A DNA stretch of 17,754 bases from an uncultured Aquificales bacterium (GTDB taxonomy: Bacteria > Thermosulfidibacterota > Thermosulfidibacteria > Thermosulfidibacterales > Thermosulfidibacteraceae): contig CAYVOC010000027.1 in NCBI GenBank assembly GCA_964453345.1, positions 1 to 17,754 on the forward strand, given 5' to 3'. The stretch's first letter is position 1. Each line of letters opens with the position of its first letter. Made by a program: the position numbers and the translations under genes. A model generated the notes under the pieces. That model had not been told where the DNA came from and did not search any database. It saw only the letters and a program-made list of their open reading frames with translations. Positions 9,078 through 17,754 of the stretch are shown here, piece after piece.

Positions 9078-9970
9078 CCCAACAGCTCCTCAAGATACGC
9101 TGCGTTTCTTCTGATCAGCTCATCCCGTGATACGCCCAGCAGCTCTTCGAGATACTCCATCCCCTCGGACAGGGTTATGGCCGATCCAAAAAGCCTTCCG
9201 TCTTCGGTGAAGCAGGCTCCATCTTTTCTGACAACCTTCTGGTCCCCAAAGCTCGCCTCTTCCAGCCGGGATGCGGAAAGAGGGGTTCCGTCGGATACGG
9301 GTATGATTCGCTCCCCCTTTATTCTGAACGCCAGCTCAATAGTTGCGGGATGCAGATGGTGGGGTTCCGGTATGATCTCGCAGTAGGCATCGCTTAGAAG
9401 GGCGGCTGCAGCAGGACCGGGGCTTCTGTGATGAAAGCCCCCCATGGCGTTGAAAAGATGTGTGAAGACAAGAACTCTATGCTTCTTGCAGTAATCTATG
9501 CACTCCTCATAGCTGGCCGTTGTGTGGCCCACGGCTATCTTTACCCCGTTCGCCTTGAGGATCTCCGCCACCTTCCCTTCAGGGTCCATTTCCGGCGCCA
9601 CCACAACAAGCCTTATGACGTCCGAAAAATCTTCAATGACGCCTTTGAACTCTTCCAGACTCCACGCGCCTATGGCACTCGGATCCATACCGCCCGCCTT
9701 TTGGGGATTTATAAATGGCCCCTCTATGTATGCTCCAAGGATGCCGGATTCCACCTTCATGGCTTCTCTGATGGCTTCCAGTATCCTGCGGGTCCTTGAG
9801 GGCGGAAGACAGATGAGGGTGGCCAGCAGATGGGTGGTCCCGGCTCCCTTCTGCGCCCTGTATGCCGCAAGTATCTTTTCCACTTTTGATGTGGCGAAGG
9901 GGTGTCCTCCCCCTCCGTGCACATGCGGATCAAAGACAGGCAGAGTCTTGCCTTTTTTCGCTTCCTTCAT
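9074..9970 (-). CDS. nagA: N-acetylglucosamine-6-phosphate deacetylase-like amidohydrolase (compact, 298 aa)
   Basis: DPHVHG, GTTHLLAT, EGPFIN, VAPE, VGHT, THLFNAM, HHRSPG, VSDG and GRLFGS match NagA motifs. Start taken as the ATG at 9970; the ORF-track extension to 10603 is antisense to prfB. Confidence 0.8.
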   Translation of the reverse strand: MKEAKKGKTLPVFDPHVHGGGGHPFATSKVEKILAAYRAQKGAGTTHLLATLICLPPSRTRRILEAIREAMKVESGILGAYIEGPFINPQKAGGMDPSAIGAWSLEEFKGVIEDFSDVIRLVVVAPEMDPEGKVAEILKANGVKIAVGHTTASYEECIDYCKKHRVLVFTHLFNAMGGFHHRSPGPAAAALLSDAYCEIIPEPHHLHPATIELAFRIKGERIIPVSDGTPLSASRLEEASFGDQKVVRKDGACFTEDGRLFGSAITLSEGMEYLEELLGVSRDELIRRNAAYLEELLG

Positions 9971-10011
9971 TTTTATATACCTGCTTCCACTTTTGACGGG
10001 AGGATTAAAGC

Positions 10012-11197
10012 ATGTTTGAGGTGGAAAGGGAAGTCTATGAGGAGCTAAAGGAGAGAGCAGAAAAGCTAAGGAGGTTTCTTTGACGTAGATGGGAAGAGGG
10101 AATACCTGGCTAAGCTGGAAGAAAAGGCCGCATCCCCTGAGATATGGAACGATCCCCAGAAGGCTGCGAAGGTTCTGAAGGAGAAGAAAAGGGTGGAGCT
10201 GCTTCTGGAGGAGTGGGATCAGCTTGAGGCGAAGCTTGAGGATCTGGAGGTTCTGATAGAACTTGCGGAAGAGGAGGAGGATCTCTCCCAGCGGGAGGAG
10301 ATAGAGAAGGAGATAGAGGCGCTGAAAAAACGTATAAAAAAGCTTGAGGTGAAGACGCTTCTTTCCGGGGAAAAGGATCCCAACAACGCCATCGTTGCCA
10401 TAAACCCGGGGGCTGGTGGAACCGAAGCCCAGGACTGGGCGGAGATGCTCTTTAGAATGTATACCCGCTGGGCCAAGGCCAAGGGGTTTGAGGTTGAGAT
10501 AATGGATTACCAGCCCGCCGAGGATGCGGGGATAAAGAGCGTCACCTTTCTGGTGAAGGGACCCTACGCCTACGGTTATCTTAAGGGGGAAAGTGGTGTT
10601 CACAGGCTTGTCAGGATTTCACCCTTTGATGCCAACAAGCGCAGACACACCTCCTTCGCATCGGTCTTTGTTTATCCCGAGATAGAGGAGGATATAGAGG
10701 TTGAGATAAGGCCTGAGGATCTGAAGATAGAGACCTTCAGGGCCTCCGGACCCGGTGGCCAGCACGTTAACGTTACCGATTCTGCGGTGAGAATAACCCA
10801 CATTCCCACGGGGATAGTTGTTCAGTGTCAAAACGAGCGCTCCCAGCACAGAAATAAGGAGATGGCCATGAAGATCCTCAGGGCCAGGCTCTACGAGCTT
10901 AAGAGAAAGGAGCTTGAGAAGGAGAAGGAGGAGCTTGAGAAGAGCAAAAAGGAGATCGCCTGGGGCAATCAGATACGCTCCTACGTTTTGCACCCCTTTA
11001 AGCTGGTGAAGGACTTGCGAACCGGTGTGGAAAAAAGTAATGTGGCAGCGATGGCCGTGCTTGACGGTGAGATAGACGATTTTATAGAGGCGTTTTTGTT
11101 CTCCCAAAAGGGGGATACAACACACGCCCTGGACTCTTCGGGGGGTGCCCGTTCGGGTTCCCGGGGGGATGAAGGGGCGGAGGATAAAACCAAATAG
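10012..11197 (+). CDS. prfB: Peptide chain release factor 2, programmed +1 frameshift (join 10012..10080, 10082..11197; 394 aa)
   Basis: SD GGGAGG then ATG 10012, 23 codons ([23 protein letters not shown]), then CTT TGA C. The +1 frame continues DVDGKREYL...EIWNDPQKA into the tracked ORF, which has [10 protein letters not shown], the SPF tripeptide, GGQ and WGNQIRSY. Confidence 0.98.
10069..10084 (+). promoter_or_regulatory. RF2 autoregulatory +1 frameshift cassette
   Basis: AGGAGG-TTT-CTT-TGA-C: internal SD, 3-nt spacer, slippery Leu codon and weak UGA-C stop, the canonical prfB layout. Confidence 0.97.
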
Positions 11198-11209
11198 GGA
11201 GGAGGTATT
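11118..11209 (+). ncRNA. rpsB 5' leader (t44 / S2 autoregulatory RNA-like)
   Basis: Directly upstream of rpsB with the recalled hallmarks of the E. coli rpsB leader: 5' CACAC, long stem (CGCCCT 11125-30 with GGGGCG 11174-79; CTCTTCGGG with CCCGGGGGG), GGGTGCCC-GTTC-GGG apical part, then GGAGG-ATAAAACC. Recognised by eye, not by covariance model. Confidence 0.8.
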
Positions 11210-12025
11210 ATGGCTGTAGTCACCATGAAGCAGTTGCTGGAAGCAGGTGTCCATTTCGGACACCAGACCAGGCGGTGGAATCCCAAGATGAAGCCCTACA
11301 TCTACACCGCCAGAAACGGCATCTACATCATCGACCTTCAGAAGACCCTTCAGCTTTTTGATAAGGCCTATCAGTTTGTCAGGGACAGGGTGGCCGACGG
11401 CGCCAAGGTTCTCTTTGTGGGAACCAAGAAGCAGGCCAAGGAGACCATTGAGGAGGAGGCCAAGCGCTGCGGCATGTATTACGTGAATCACCGCTGGATC
11501 GGCGGAACCCTCACCAACTTCAGGGTGATACGCCAGAGTATTGAGAAGCTCAAAGAGCTGAAGAGGATGAGGGACGAGGGATACTTTGAGAACTTCACCA
11601 AGAAGGAGCGCATGAAGCTTCTGAGAAAGATCGAGAAGCTTGAGCGCAACTACAAGGGCATTGAGGACATGGAGGAGCTTCCCGACATCATCTACATCGT
11701 GGACCCACGCAAGGAGAGGAACGCCGTCAGGGAGGCCCGCAAGATGGGTATTCCCATTGTTGCCATAGTGGACACCAACTGTGATCCCGATGAGATAGAT
11801 GTGATCATTCCCGGAAACGATGACGCCATAAGGGCGATAAGACTGATAACCTCAAAGATAGCCGATGCCGTGATAGAGGGGCAGCACATCTTTAGAGAGA
11901 AGATCGGGGCAGAGGAAGAGGTGGTGGAAGAGGCTGAGGTTTACACCATGGGGGAGGAAGAGGAGAAGACGCCCTTTGAGGAGGGCTATGAGGAGTATGA
12001 AGACATTTACGATGAGGAAGAATAG
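11210..12025 (+). CDS. rpsB: 30S ribosomal protein S2
   Basis: [56 protein letters not shown]. Strong SD GGAGGAGGT. Confidence 0.99.
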   Translation: MAVVTMKQLLEAGVHFGHQTRRWNPKMKPYIYTARNGIYIIDLQKTLQLFDKAYQFVRDRVADGAKVLFVGTKKQAKETIEEEAKRCGMYYVNHRWIGGTLTNFRVIRQSIEKLKELKRMRDEGYFENFTKKERMKLLRKIEKLERNYKGIEDMEELPDIIYIVDPRKERNAVREARKMGIPIVAIVDTNCDPDEIDVIIPGNDDAIRAIRLITSKIADAVIEGQHIFREKIGAEEEVVEEAEVYTMGEEEEKTPFEEGYEEYEDIYDEEE

Positions 12026-12037
12026 GGAGGTGATGGC

Positions 12038-13924
<1,887 letters not shown>

Positions 13925-13944
13925 TCAACAGTAGGAGGTGGATC

Positions 13945-14121
13945 ATGGCTTACAAAATCACCGACGAGTGTGTGGCCTGTGGATCCTGCAAGGATGTGTG
14001 CCCCGCAGATGCTATCATTGAGGGAGAGGAGAAGTATAGCATCGATCCCGACAAGTGCACCGACTGCGGATCCTGTGCCGAGGTGTGCCCCACAGGCGCC
14101 ATAGTGGGACCTGAGGAGTAA
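13945..14121 (+). CDS. 2[4Fe-4S] clostridial-type ferredoxin (58 aa; absent from the ORF track)
   Basis: SD AGGAGGTG, then [61 protein letters not shown], with two CxxCxxCxxxCP motifs. Confidence 0.97.
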   Translation: MAYKITDECVACGSCKDVCPADAIIEGEEKYSIDPDKCTDCGSCAEVCPTGAIVGPEE

Positions 14122-14143
14122 CCTTTAAGCATTCGTTGCCTTT

Positions 14144-14181
14144 AAAAGGAGGGGGCTTGGATTTTGCCCCCTCCTTTTTTT
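14144..14181 (+). terminator. Intrinsic terminator, potentially bidirectional
   Basis: AAAA-GGAGGGGGC, 9-nt loop, GCCCCCTCC-TTTTTTT: a perfect 9-bp GC-rich stem flanked by an A-tract and a T7 tract. Confidence 0.9.
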
Positions 14182-14198
14182 ATGCGGGAGGTGTCTTT

Positions 14199-14909
14199 GT
14201 GGGGATCAGGGGAGAGATGCCCAAGCATGTTGCCATAATAATGGACGGAAACGGCAGATGGGCCGAGAAGAGGGGGCTGAGTCGCATAGAGGGGCACAAA
14301 AGGGGAGTTGAGAGGGTCGATGAGATTGTTGAGGAGGCTTCCCGTATAGGGATAAAGTATCTCACACTTTTTGCCTTTTCCACCGAGAACTGGAAGCGCC
14401 CCGAGTATGAGGTCAGTTTCCTTATGGATCTCTTAAAGCTGTATCTTGAGACGAAGAAAGAGAAGATGCTTAAAAACAACATTCGCTTCAACGTCATGGG
14501 GCGTATCGATGGGCTTCCCGCCGATGTAAGGGAGAAGATAGAGGAGGTCCTTGAGGCGACCAGAGGCTGTGACGGGCTGGTGCTGACCTTGGCGCTGAAC
14601 TATGGGGGCAGGGCCGAGATAGTTGATGCGGTTAGAAAGCTCATAAAGAGACTTTCCGATAACGGTTTGAAGCCTGAGGAGGTGGACGAGGAGATATTCT
14701 CAAGATTCCTCTACTGCCCGTGGTTGCCCGAGCCGGATCTTCTAATAAGAACCAGCGGTGAGCAGAGGATCAGCAACTTTATGTTGTGGCAGCTTGCCTA
14801 CACAGAGCTTTACTTCACGCCGGTTCTGTGGCCGGACTTCACCAAAGAAGAGTTCCTGAGAGCCATCGAGGACTATAAAAGAAGGGAGAGGCGCTTCGGG
14901 GGTCTGTAG
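14199..14909 (+). CDS. uppS: Undecaprenyl diphosphate synthase (isoprenyl transferase)
   Basis: PKHVAIIMDGNGRWA, FAFSTENWKRP, ALNYGGRAEI, PDLLIRTSGEQRISNFMLWQ, RRFGG. Start taken as GTG 14199 (SD GGAGGTG); ATG 14217 is an alternative. The ORF-track start at 14136 would cross the terminator. Confidence 0.96.
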   Translation: MGIRGEMPKHVAIIMDGNGRWAEKRGLSRIEGHKRGVERVDEIVEEASRIGIKYLTLFAFSTENWKRPEYEVSFLMDLLKLYLETKKEKMLKNNIRFNVMGRIDGLPADVREKIEEVLEATRGCDGLVLTLALNYGGRAEIVDAVRKLIKRLSDNGLKPEEVDEEIFSRFLYCPWLPEPDLLIRTSGEQRISNFMLWQLAYTELYFTPVLWPDFTKEEFLRAIEDYKRRERRFGGL

Positions 14910-14918
14910 CAGACCCTC

Positions 14919-16139
14919 TTATAGGTGGTGCCTCAGGATCTCTATGGGGTTTAGCAAAGCGGCTCTCTTTGCTGGATAGTAGGTTGAAACCAGGGTTATT
15001 ATCAGAGCCACCGCGCAGATCAGCAGCACATCCTGCGGGTTTATCTTGACCGGCAGATACTTTATGTAATACACGTTCTGGGGCAGCGATATAAGCCTGT
15101 ATCTTTTAAGGATCTCGCAGACCCCTATTCCCATCACCAGACCGGACAGGATCCCTATTATCCCCATGAAGAATCCCTGATAGAGAAAGATCTTCTGGAT
15201 ACGCTTAGGGGTCATCCCCATGGCCGAAAGTATGGCGATATCCCGGGCCTTTTCCATAACGGTCATGGATAGGGTGCTTACGATGTTGAAGGAGGCCACT
15301 ATCACTATCAGGGTCAACACTAAAAACATGGCGAACTTTTCCAGCTTCATGGCGGAAAACAGCGGCTTGTTCATTCTGATCCAGTCGTTGGTCCAGTAGG
15401 GATAACCGAGCTCCGCTGCTATGCGATCCGCTATCTCTGACGCCTTGTAAATATCGTCAACGGCCACCTCAAAGCCCGAAATCTTCGCCCTTGCCCCTTT
15501 GAGCTTCTGCACGGTCTCTATGGATGCCACAATAAGGCTGGTGTCTATTGTGTAGATGCCCGTGTCATACATGCCGCACACTTCAACCCTCAGTGTTCTC
15601 GGGATCACACCGAAGGGGGTTACGGTGAAGGACGTGGTTATCAGATCAACCTGGTTCCCCACAAACAGCCCCATCTCCTCCGCAAGTCCCTTTCCTATGA
15701 GGATGCCTCCCTCCTTTATGCAGTCCCACCTCCCGAGGATCACCTTTTCGGGAAGGTTGGTTATCTCCAGCTCCCTTTCGGGATCCACGCCCCTTACGGT
15801 CACCCCTGTTGCTGAGTCCCTGTATTTGAGCATGGCCTGGGCCATTATGAAGGGGGCTACGGCCCTGACGCCCTTTATCTCCCGTATCTTTCTATCAATG
15901 TAGGGGATTTTGCCTTCCTTAACCTCTCCCGTGTAGCTGAGCACGTATATGTGGGGGGTCGCATCGACTATGCTCTTTTTAACATGCTGGCTGAAGCCAC
16001 TCATCACGGAAAGGACGATTATGAGGGCGGCTACTCCCAGGGTTATGCCCAGAATGGAGATGAACCCCACAAGGGATATAAGCCCGCGCCCCTTTCTGGG
16101 GCGCAGATATCTTAAGGCTATCTTTGCCTCAAGGCTCAT
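14919..16139 (-). CDS. Lipoprotein-releasing ABC transporter permease, LolC/E family
   Basis: [25 protein letters not shown], large periplasmic loop, [45 protein letters not shown] overlap with lysS. Confidence 0.95.
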   Translation of the reverse strand: MSLEAKIALRYLRPRKGRGLISLVGFISILGITLGVAALIIVLSVMSGFSQHVKKSIVDATPHIYVLSYTGEVKEGKIPYIDRKIREIKGVRAVAPFIMAQAMLKYRDSATGVTVRGVDPERELEITNLPEKVILGRWDCIKEGGILIGKGLAEEMGLFVGNQVDLITTSFTVTPFGVIPRTLRVEVCGMYDTGIYTIDTSLIVASIETVQKLKGARAKISGFEVAVDDIYKASEIADRIAAELGYPYWTNDWIRMNKPLFSAMKLEKFAMFLVLTLIVIVASFNIVSTLSMTVMEKARDIAILSAMGMTPKRIQKIFLYQGFFMGIIGILSGLVMGIGVCEILKRYRLISLPQNVYYIKYLPVKINPQDVLLICAVALIITLVSTYYPAKRAALLNPIEILRHHL

Positions 16140-17623
16140 TGGGTTTCGGGACGCAGCGTGGGAAAGAGAATCACATCCCTTATGGAGGGTGAATCCGTAA
16201 GAAGCATAACAAGCCTGTCTATCCCTATTCCCTCGCCCGCGGTGGGGGGTAATCCATACTCCAAGGCCACAATGTAATCCTCGTCCATCCTGTGGGCTTC
16301 CTCGTCTCCGGATTCCCGCTCCTTCAGCTGCTGGATGAACCTTTCCCTCTGATCCCTGGGATCGTTCAGCTCGGTATAGGCGTTGGCGATTTCCCTTCCC
16401 GCTATCATCAGCTCAAATCTCTCCACCAGATCGGGGTTGTCCTCCCTGCTCTTGGCGAGGGGAGATATATCCTTCGGATAATCGTATATGAAGGTGGGTT
16501 GTATCAGCTTTTCCTCAACCGTCTTTTCAAACAGCTCCCCCAACACCTTTCCATGGCTCTTTATCTTGCTTGTGTCTATCTCCAGCTCCTCGGCGAGCCT
16601 GCGGGCCTTCTCTTCGTCCTCTATCACTTCCCTCGGTATTCCCCCTATCTCAACCAAGGCATCGTGAAAGCTTATCTTTCTCCAGGGGGGAGTGAAGTCT
16701 ATCTCCTGCCCCTGATAGGTTATCTTTGTGGTTCCGTGTATCTCCTTAACGAGTTGGGATAGCATATCTTCTGTGAGTTTCATCAGATCCCTGTAATCTG
16801 CGTAGGCCATGTAAAACTCAACCATGGTGAACTCAGGGTTGTGCATGGAGGAGATCCCCTCGTTTCTGAAGCACTTGCCCAGCTCAAAGACCCGATCAAA
16901 GCCTCCAACCACAAGCCTTTTGAGATAAAGCTCCGGTGCGATCCTCAAGTATAGATCTATATCGAGGGCGTTGTGGTGGGTTATGAAGGGCCTTGCAGCC
17001 GCACCTCCCGGTATGGGCTGCATCATGGGGGTTTCAACCTCTATAAAACCAAGATTGGTGAGATACTCCCTGATGAACCTTATCACCCTGCTTCTTATCT
17101 CAAAAACCCTTTTGGAGTCCTCGTTCATTATGAGATCGAGGTATCTCTGCCTGTATCTGGTTTCTATGTCCTTGAGGCCGTGCCACTTTTCGGGTAGTGG
17201 GCGCAAGACTTTAGACAACAGTTTAACTTCCCTGCAGTTTACCGTCAGCTCGCCGGTCTTCGTTCTGAACAGGGTCCCTCTTACCCCGATTATGTCTCCC
17301 ACATCCAGTTTCTTGAACACGTTCCTGTAAAAGTCGGCTCCAACGGCGTCCCTCTGGACAAAGATCTGAATCTTTCCCGTCTGATCCTTTATGTGGGCGA
17401 AGGAGATTTTGCCGTGAAGTCTCAAGGACATCATCCTTCCAGCAAGGGAGACCTCACCGAAGGATTCCAGCTTTTCCTGATCGTATTCATCCTTGAACCT
17501 TTCCACGATTTCGCCGATTCTGTGGGTGATCTTGTATCGGTTGGGATAGGGGTTTATCCCCATGCTTTCAAAGCGCTCAAGCTTTTCCTTAAGGTCCTTC
17601 AGAATCTTGCTTTCCACTTCCAT
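16136..17623 (-). CDS. lysS: Lysine--tRNA ligase (class II)
   Basis: OB anticodon-binding domain, [65 protein letters not shown]. Confidence 0.99.
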   Translation of the reverse strand: MEVESKILKDLKEKLERFESMGINPYPNRYKITHRIGEIVERFKDEYDQEKLESFGEVSLAGRMMSLRLHGKISFAHIKDQTGKIQIFVQRDAVGADFYRNVFKKLDVGDIIGVRGTLFRTKTGELTVNCREVKLLSKVLRPLPEKWHGLKDIETRYRQRYLDLIMNEDSKRVFEIRSRVIRFIREYLTNLGFIEVETPMMQPIPGGAAARPFITHHNALDIDLYLRIAPELYLKRLVVGGFDRVFELGKCFRNEGISSMHNPEFTMVEFYMAYADYRDLMKLTEDMLSQLVKEIHGTTKITYQGQEIDFTPPWRKISFHDALVEIGGIPREVIEDEEKARRLAEELEIDTSKIKSHGKVLGELFEKTVEEKLIQPTFIYDYPKDISPLAKSREDNPDLVERFELMIAGREIANAYTELNDPRDQRERFIQQLKERESGDEEAHRMDEDYIVALEYGLPPTAGEGIGIDRLVMLLTDSPSIRDVILFPTLRPETQ

Positions 17624-17657
17624 GGGCTTTCCTCCAGGATCTGGGCAAAAATAAAAA

Positions 17658-17729
17658 AGCCGGCGGGCGGATTTGAACCGCCGACCTGCTGATTACGAGT
17701 CAGCTGCTCTACCGCTGAGCTACGCCGGC
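17658..17729 (-). tRNA. tRNA-Thr (anticodon CGT), CCA not encoded
   Basis: Reverse complement reads GCCGGCG-TA-GCTC-AGCGGTA-GAGC-A-GCTGA-CT-CGT-AA-TCAGC-AGGTC-GGCGG-TTCAAAT-CCGCC-CGCCGGC-T, followed by a T-tract. Confidence 0.97.
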
Positions 17730-17754
17730 ATCCGAGAGAATATTTAGTTGATGT

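Noticed and set aside
10078-10084. In-frame TGA in prfB as a pseudogene, sequencing error or selenocysteine codon
   Set aside because: The context matches the programmed +1 frameshift cassette, and homology continues in the +1 frame rather than frame 0.
9971-10603. 211-aa N-terminal extension of the NagA ORF (509 aa in the track)
   Set aside because: It is antisense to prfB and has no recognisable motifs; NagA similarity begins right after the ATG at 9970.
13950-14132. 60-aa minus-strand ORF between frr and uppS
   Set aside because: Shadow of the real + strand ferredoxin, which has an SD and two CxxCxxCxxxCP motifs.
14136-14198. ORF-track N-terminus of UppS (MPLKGGGLDFAPSFF...)
   Set aside because: It translates the terminator hairpin and lacks an SD; a better start with SD is at 14199 or 14217.

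Overview
Gene-dense, mostly housekeeping region of a diderm bacterium (LolC/E, prepilin peptidase). It is probably a thermophile, inferred from Lys/Glu-rich proteins, frequent AGG/AGA and ATA codons and very tight gene packing. Left to right: tRNA-Val(TAC) and tRNA-Asp(GTC) on +. Next is a ~9.8 kb run of overlapping minus-strand genes, in transcription order: compact NagA-like deacetylase, TauE/SafE transporter, prepilin peptidase, AMIN-like/TPR protein, FlgS/FleS-like sensor kinase, short RecO-like protein, dUTPase, and a PBP-PAS-GAF-PAS-degenerate GGDEF-EAL phosphodiesterase. Divergent from it on + is a translation operon: prfB with its programmed +1 frameshift, rpsB, short-type tsf, pyrH, frr, a 58-aa 2[4Fe-4S] ferredoxin missed by the ORF track, a terminator and uppS. 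The window ends with a convergent tRNA-Thr(CGT)-lysS-lolC/E unit. No mobile element, CRISPR array or defence system is evident. The most unusual signal is that the prfB frame runs about 30 codons past the usual RF2 C-terminus, through a t44/S2-leader-like RNA, and stops on the rpsB Shine-Dalgarno. This could link RF2 frameshift autoregulation to rpsB-tsf translational control.
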